Shown here: positions 42,719-46,694 of the stretch, piece by piece
Layout: every line of letters starts with the position of its first letter
Numbering within the stretch: the stretch's first letter is position 1
From: Candidatus Scatosoma sp.
GTDB lineage: Bacteria; Bacillota; Clostridia; Christensenellales; Borkfalkiaceae
Assembly: GCA_045532525.1 (NCBI GenBank)
Contig: JAZSGC010000085.1
Span: 1-46,694, forward strand
Direction: 5' to 3'
DNA length: 46,694 nucleotides
Made by a program: the position numbers and the translations under genes
Notes under the pieces: model-generated
Seen by the model: only the letters and a program-made list of their open reading frames with translations
What the model was told of the DNA's origin: nothing
Database searches by the model: none

Positions 42719-42740
42719 TAAAAATAACAGGGGAAGGATT

Positions 42741-44549
42741 ATGAGAAGTAAAAAATTGTGCAATATTATAACGGCAGGGATTATCGGCGCGTGTGCATTT
42801 GGCATAGGCGTGTACGCGTTGAACGGCGATTTTAAAGCAAAAGCGGACGCTTTGAATTCCGTAACGAATGCGGTAGAGCTTACCATTGATGAAACGACCA
42901 CGGGCTACGTAAGCTTTGAGAAAGCGTTAACGGCGGCGAGCGGCGCGGAATATGCGGAAATTAAATTGCTTATGGATACGCAAGGCGTACAAGGACACGT
43001 ATTGACGAATTTAACGATTGACCTGAACGGCTTCACCTTAGAAAACACGGCTTTATCCACCAAGAAAGTGAGCGGCGGCGTTAGCGTTACGTACGCGTCT
43101 TTGATAATTGTGGATTACAGCAACGCGAAAACGGGCAAGGTGACCGGGATACCCGGTTTTGGCTGGACGTTTTATAAGGGTAATAATGCCATCTACGGCG
43201 GTCAATTCGATAAAAACGTAGGATTTTTTATTGACGGCGAAGGTACTACGCTGGAAATTGCTGGGGGGAGCTTTGAGCGGCTTTCCGCCAAGAGTGAAAA
43301 TCAAGGTGCGCTCACGTTGTACGACTTTGAAACGGAAGAACTTCGCCTCAGAGCTTCCACAGGTGGAACGGTAGTTTGTCAGGGCGGTTCGTTTCAAAAG
43401 TGGGAAAGCAATGAAGGAATGCTTTCCGACTGGCTTGCGGACGGATATAAAATTTTCGACCCCAACAAATTGGAAGTGAATGCGGAAACGCAATCTATCG
43501 TCGCGCCGGATGGGGAATATTATACGATAATAGAACATTCCGAGTGCTACTATGACGAATATGCACATACGGAAACCGAGCATTGGCAAGGCTGTACTTG
43601 CGGTGCGACGGCAAACGGCGCAACACCCGAAAAAGAAGAACATACCTGGGAAAACGGTTACTGTAACGTATGTTATTTCTCGCATAAACACGAAAAATTA
43701 GACGAAAAGGGATATTGTTCCGTTTGTGAAGGGCAAATGGCAATAAAAGTTGTCGACGGGGAAAACGCAACGTTTTATAACGATCTTTCAGACGCAGTTT
43801 TTAAAATGCCCGAAAACGCCACCTTAACGCTGATAAAAGATGTTTATACTTCGGGTAAGAGTCTTTATATCACCAAGCCCATAACGTTGGATTTAAACGG
43901 AAAAAACATTGAATTGGTTAGTTCGGAAAATATATACGTAGAAGCGCCCGTCACCATTATCGACCGTGTGGGAACGGGGTTTGTTGCTCCAGAGTTGATT
44001 TTAGGGAACACGGCGGTTCTTAAGGGCGGTACGTATCACTACATATCCGTTCACGTAGAAGGGAAAAAGTATAGCGACTTTCTTGGTGCAGGATACCATT
44101 ACTATTTAGAAGGCGCAACGTTGGGCGAGGATCAGCCGTTGACCGACGAACAAATAGCGGAAGCGTGGCAAAACTACCAAAACGTAAAAGTGGTTTTGGA
44201 TTGCGCGCATACGGGCGGTTCGGCAACCTGTCAAGCAAAAGCGGTTTGTGAAATTTGCGGTAACGAATACGGCGGGCTTAGCGGACATACGCCCGATGGA
44301 AATTGGCGTCAAGACGAAACGCATCATTGGCAGGATTGCGTTTTGGCTGGGAACGATGAAAATCACGAAAAATTAAATTTCGGCGCGCATCAGGACAAAG
44401 ATAAAAATGGGAAATGCGACGTTTGCAATAAAGTAACGTCTAAGGAAACGAAAAATGGCTGCGGAAGCGTGATGGGCGGCGGCACGGCGTTGGCGTTGCT
44501 TTCCGCGGCGGCGGGGGCGTTTGCGTTCCGCAAGAAGAAAGAAAACTAA
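42741..44549 (+). CDS. Large secreted/surface protein with Cys/His/Trp repeat motifs and a C-terminal TM anchor
   Basis: 602-aa ORF with SD 'ggggaagga'. Signal peptide 'MRSKKLCNIITAGIIGACAFGIGVYA'. Repeated 'H.W..C.C' and 'C..C' motifs. C-terminus 'NGCGSVMGGGTALALLSAAAGAFAFRKKKEN'. Confidence 0.8.
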   Translation: MRSKKLCNIITAGIIGACAFGIGVYALNGDFKAKADALNSVTNAVELTIDETTTGYVSFEKALTAASGAEYAEIKLLMDTQGVQGHVLTNLTIDLNGFTLENTALSTKKVSGGVSVTYASLIIVDYSNAKTGKVTGIPGFGWTFYKGNNAIYGGQFDKNVGFFIDGEGTTLEIAGGSFERLSAKSENQGALTLYDFETEELRLRASTGGTVVCQGGSFQKWESNEGMLSDWLADGYKIFDPNKLEVNAETQSIVAPDGEYYTIIEHSECYYDEYAHTETEHWQGCTCGATANGATPEKEEHTWENGYCNVCYFSHKHEKLDEKGYCSVCEGQMAIKVVDGENATFYNDLSDAVFKMPENATLTLIKDVYTSGKSLYITKPITLDLNGKNIELVSSENIYVEAPVTIIDRVGTGFVAPELILGNTAVLKGGTYHYISVHVEGKKYSDFLGAGYHYYLEGATLGEDQPLTDEQIAEAWQNYQNVKVVLDCAHTGGSATCQAKAVCEICGNEYGGLSGHTPDGNWRQDETHHWQDCVLAGNDENHEKLNFGAHQDKDKNGKCDVCNKVTSKETKNGCGSVMGGGTALALLSAAAGAFAFRKKKEN

Positions 44550-44863
44550 GTTTAGCAGTATTTATAAATAAAACGGAAGCGGCGTTCTTTTCTATAACCA
44601 AAGGGCGCCCTTTCTTTTGCGATAAAAGAAGCGGAAAACAATTTATCGCCTATAAAATACAATTATAATATCACGCGGATGGGCGCGCAAGGGCGCGCGT
44701 GATATACGCGCGTGCGCGCTTGTAGACGGTTGCGGGGCGGAGCTTTTTTGCAATAAAACGCAGGAATTTAAAGGGAAAAAGGGTGTGAAATTGTAGAAAA
44801 GTAGGAAACGTAAAAAAAAGTTAAAAAAAATTAAAAAAGTTGAAAAACCCCACGCAAAACAGC

Positions 44864-45018
44864 TTGACTTAAATTTCTTTTCATACTACAATAAATAGGC
44901 AAGCTGAGCGGAATGCCTTAAAAAATCCGTTTTTCCCCGTTAGTTGAACGGTTTACAAAGGAAAATTCTCGCAGCTCCGAACATTAAAAAATACACACGA
45001 AACAAGGAGTAACATATT
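44864..45018 (+). promoter_or_regulatory. rplM-rpsI promoter and ~125-nt leader (possible r-protein autoregulatory leader)
   Basis: TTGACT (44864-69), a 17-nt spacer, then TACAAT (44887-92). The leader contains the small hairpins aggca..tgcct and ccgtt..aacgg. I did not compare it with any model. Confidence 0.45.
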
Positions 45019-45450
45019 ATGAAGACCTATATGGCTAAGGCCGAAGCGGTTGAAAGAAAATGGTACGTTGTTGACGCGGCAGGCGTTCCCCTTGGACGTC
45101 TTGCAAGTAAGGTTGCGTCCGTACTTCGCGGCAAGAACAAACCCACCTACACGCCCAACGTAGACACCGGCGATTTCGTAATCGTTATCAACACCGACAA
45201 AACGGTTTTGACGGGTAAAAAGTTGGAAAATAAATTTTACAGATACCACACCGGTTACATCGGTGGGTTGAAGGAAATTTCCTACAAGAAAATGATGGCT
45301 GAAAAGAGCGACCTTGCCGTTTACGAAGCGGTAAAGGGTATGTTGCCCAAGAACAGCCTTGGCAGAGCTATGCTCAAAAAGCTCAAAGTGTACAAGGGTG
45401 CTGAACACAACCACGCAGCGCAAAAACCCGAAGAATTGAAGGTTGACTAA
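45019..45450 (+). CDS. rplM: 50S ribosomal protein L13
   Basis: 143 aa, '[19 protein letters not shown]...'. SD 'aaggag'. Confidence 0.97.
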   Translation: MKTYMAKAEAVERKWYVVDAAGVPLGRLASKVASVLRGKNKPTYTPNVDTGDFVIVINTDKTVLTGKKLENKFYRYHTGYIGGLKEISYKKMMAEKSDLAVYEAVKGMLPKNSLGRAMLKKLKVYKGAEHNHAAQKPEELKVD

Positions 45451-45467
45451 GGAGAGGATAGAAAATT

Positions 45468-45881
45468 ATGGCTAAAGCAAGCGTTAAAAAGAAAATCCAA
45501 TTCTGGGGCACGGGTAGAAGAAAGAAGGCGATCGCTCGTGTTCGTCTTATCCCCGGCGGCAACGGCACGATCGTAATCAACGACCGCGCTTTTGAAGATT
45601 ATTTCCCTCAGGGTACTCTTCAATACATCGTTAAACAACCCATCGTTTTGTTGGAAGTGGAAGCAAAATACGATATTATCGTAAACGTAATCGGCGGCGG
45701 TTACACCGGTCAGGCGGGCGCTATCCGTCTTGGCGTTGCAAGAGCGTTGCTCGAAGCAGAAGAAAACAGCCGTTCCGCATTGAAAGCGGCTGGCTTCTTG
45801 ACGAGAGACCCTCGCGCAAAGGAAAGAAAGAAGTACGGCTTGAAGAAAGCTCGTCGCGCTCCTCAGTTCTCGAAGAGATAA
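45468..45881 (+). CDS. rpsI: 30S ribosomal protein S9
   Basis: 137 aa, ending '...[17 protein letters not shown]'. SD 'aaggagagg'. Confidence 0.97.
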   Translation: MAKASVKKKIQFWGTGRRKKAIARVRLIPGGNGTIVINDRAFEDYFPQGTLQYIVKQPIVLLEVEAKYDIIVNVIGGGYTGQAGAIRLGVARALLEAEENSRSALKAAGFLTRDPRAKERKKYGLKKARRAPQFSKR

Positions 45882-45893
45882 TTTCAAAAAATG

Positions 45894-45926
45894 GAAAACG
45901 TGCCTTGTGCGCGTTTTCTTTTTTTA
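45894..45926 (+). terminator. Intrinsic terminator after rpsI
   Basis: ggaaaacgtgc / gcgcgttttc stem followed by a T-run. Confidence 0.8.
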
Positions 45927-46131
45927 CGAGCTTTCTTTTGATACGTAGGGCATAAAGAAAATTATTGAGAATGCAGGGCGGTTGAATAAAAATCAAGCGC
46001 CCTATTTACTTTTTTTTAACGGTATGGTACAATAACGAAAACACAACCAAAGAGAAAATGTAAAAAAATGTAAAAAACGGTGAGTAAAAACCCCTTCTGC
46101 TCCGTTATATAAGTGAAGAGAGAGGTGAACT

Positions 46132-46694
46132 ATGTCCGAAAGGAAAGGATTTGACGCAATACGTTGTTACCGTCGGTTTTTAAGCGGTGACGCGGAAGCG
46201 TTGGAGCGGCTTGTTCGCGAATACAGCGACGCGCTCGTTCGCTTTGCGTATTGCTACGTGAAGGATTCTGCCATCGCAGAGGACGTTATGGAAGACGCGT
46301 TTGCGGCGCTGATAGTCAAACGCCGTCCTTTTAATGACGCCGATAATCTTCGCGCGTACCTATATAAAATGGTGCGGAATAAGTGTGTGGACTATTTACG
46401 CTTGCACAAAAAGCGCGTGTCTTTGTCGGACGTGGATCGGGTACTTGTCGGCTCGGAAACGGAAACCGCCGTGCTACGTCGCGAAAACAGCCGTACGGTA
46501 TATAAAGCGTTGCAAAAGCTGCCGCCGCAATATCGGGAGGTTTTATATCTTACATACTTTGAAGAATACGGCGTTAACGAACTAAGCCATCTCTTGAAAC
46601 GCACAAAAAAACAAATCTATAACCTTTTATCGCGGGCAAAACTCTCTCTCAAACAACTGCTGATACAGGAAGGGATTTTTTATGAAAACTTATA
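46132..46694 (+). CDS. ECF-type sigma-70 family sigma factor (3' end runs off the window)
   Basis: My own translation from ATG 46132 (SD 'agaggtg') stays open to the window end. Region 2 'AEDVMEDAFAALI...LRAYLYKMVRNKCVDYLR' and region 4 'LPPQYREVLYLTYFEEYGVNELSHLL..TKKQIYNLLSRAK'. It is absent from the ORF track because no stop codon is reached. Confidence 0.85.
   Translation, partial: MSERKGFDAIRCYRRFLSGDAEALERLVREYSDALVRFAYCYVKDSAIAEDVMEDAFAALIVKRRPFNDADNLRAYLYKMVRNKCVDYLRLHKKRVSLSDVDRVLVGSETETAVLRRENSRTVYKALQKLPPQYREVLYLTYFEEYGVNELSHLLKRTKKQIYNLLSRAKLSLKQLLIQEGIFYENL

Noticed and set aside
1-46694. A search for prophage, IS, integron or CRISPR-Cas elements, known defence genes, and tRNA/rRNA genes.
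   Set aside because: I recognised no integrase, transposase, cas, restriction-modification or known defence-system signature in any frame. No intergenic segment has tRNA-like cloverleaf features or rRNA-like length.

Overview
Chromosomal window from a spore-forming Firmicute, probably Clostridia-like, judged from gene content: a gerA-type operon, yaaT/ricT, yyaC, and L27 with an N-terminal propeptide. I call about 46 protein genes. I saw no rRNA, tRNA, CRISPR array, transposase or integrase. Gene order: lon-engB; a small AT-rich island (an XRE repressor divergent from two orphan membrane proteins); rqcH; tig-clpP-clpX; a DUF3267 protein; rplU-rpmA; holB-ricT; rsmG; an oriC-like module (DnaA boxes, a DnaA-trio-like tract and an AT-rich run) followed by a DUF1273/YpsA-like gene and dnaN but no dnaA; rpmH-rnpA-yidD-yidC-jag on the same strand as dnaN; queT; yyaC; cvpA; a second, denser DnaA-box cluster between convergent genes; gerXA-XB-XC; a yabB-like methyltransferase and rsmI; a Zn peptidase; GDPD; a five-gene SPFH operon; gap; fba; tetR plus a large Cys/His-repeat surface protein; rplM-rpsI; and the 5' part of an ECF-type sigma factor. 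My best candidate for an undescribed system is the five-gene operon at 34324-39393. It is built around a COG4260/YdjI-like SPFH-Zn-ribbon protein with four partners I can assign poorly or not at all. It looks like a membrane-stress or scaffold module related to, but different from, B. subtilis pspA-ydjGHI. One signal cuts across the window: a ~30-nt strand-biased dispersed repeat (TTCAWCGCATACCTGSCCC-N3-5-CATTTTG). It occurs at least 12 times, in intergenic DNA and inside CDSs in all three reading frames. All homology calls come from reading the translations. I could not run a database search, a GC-skew calculation or RNA folding.
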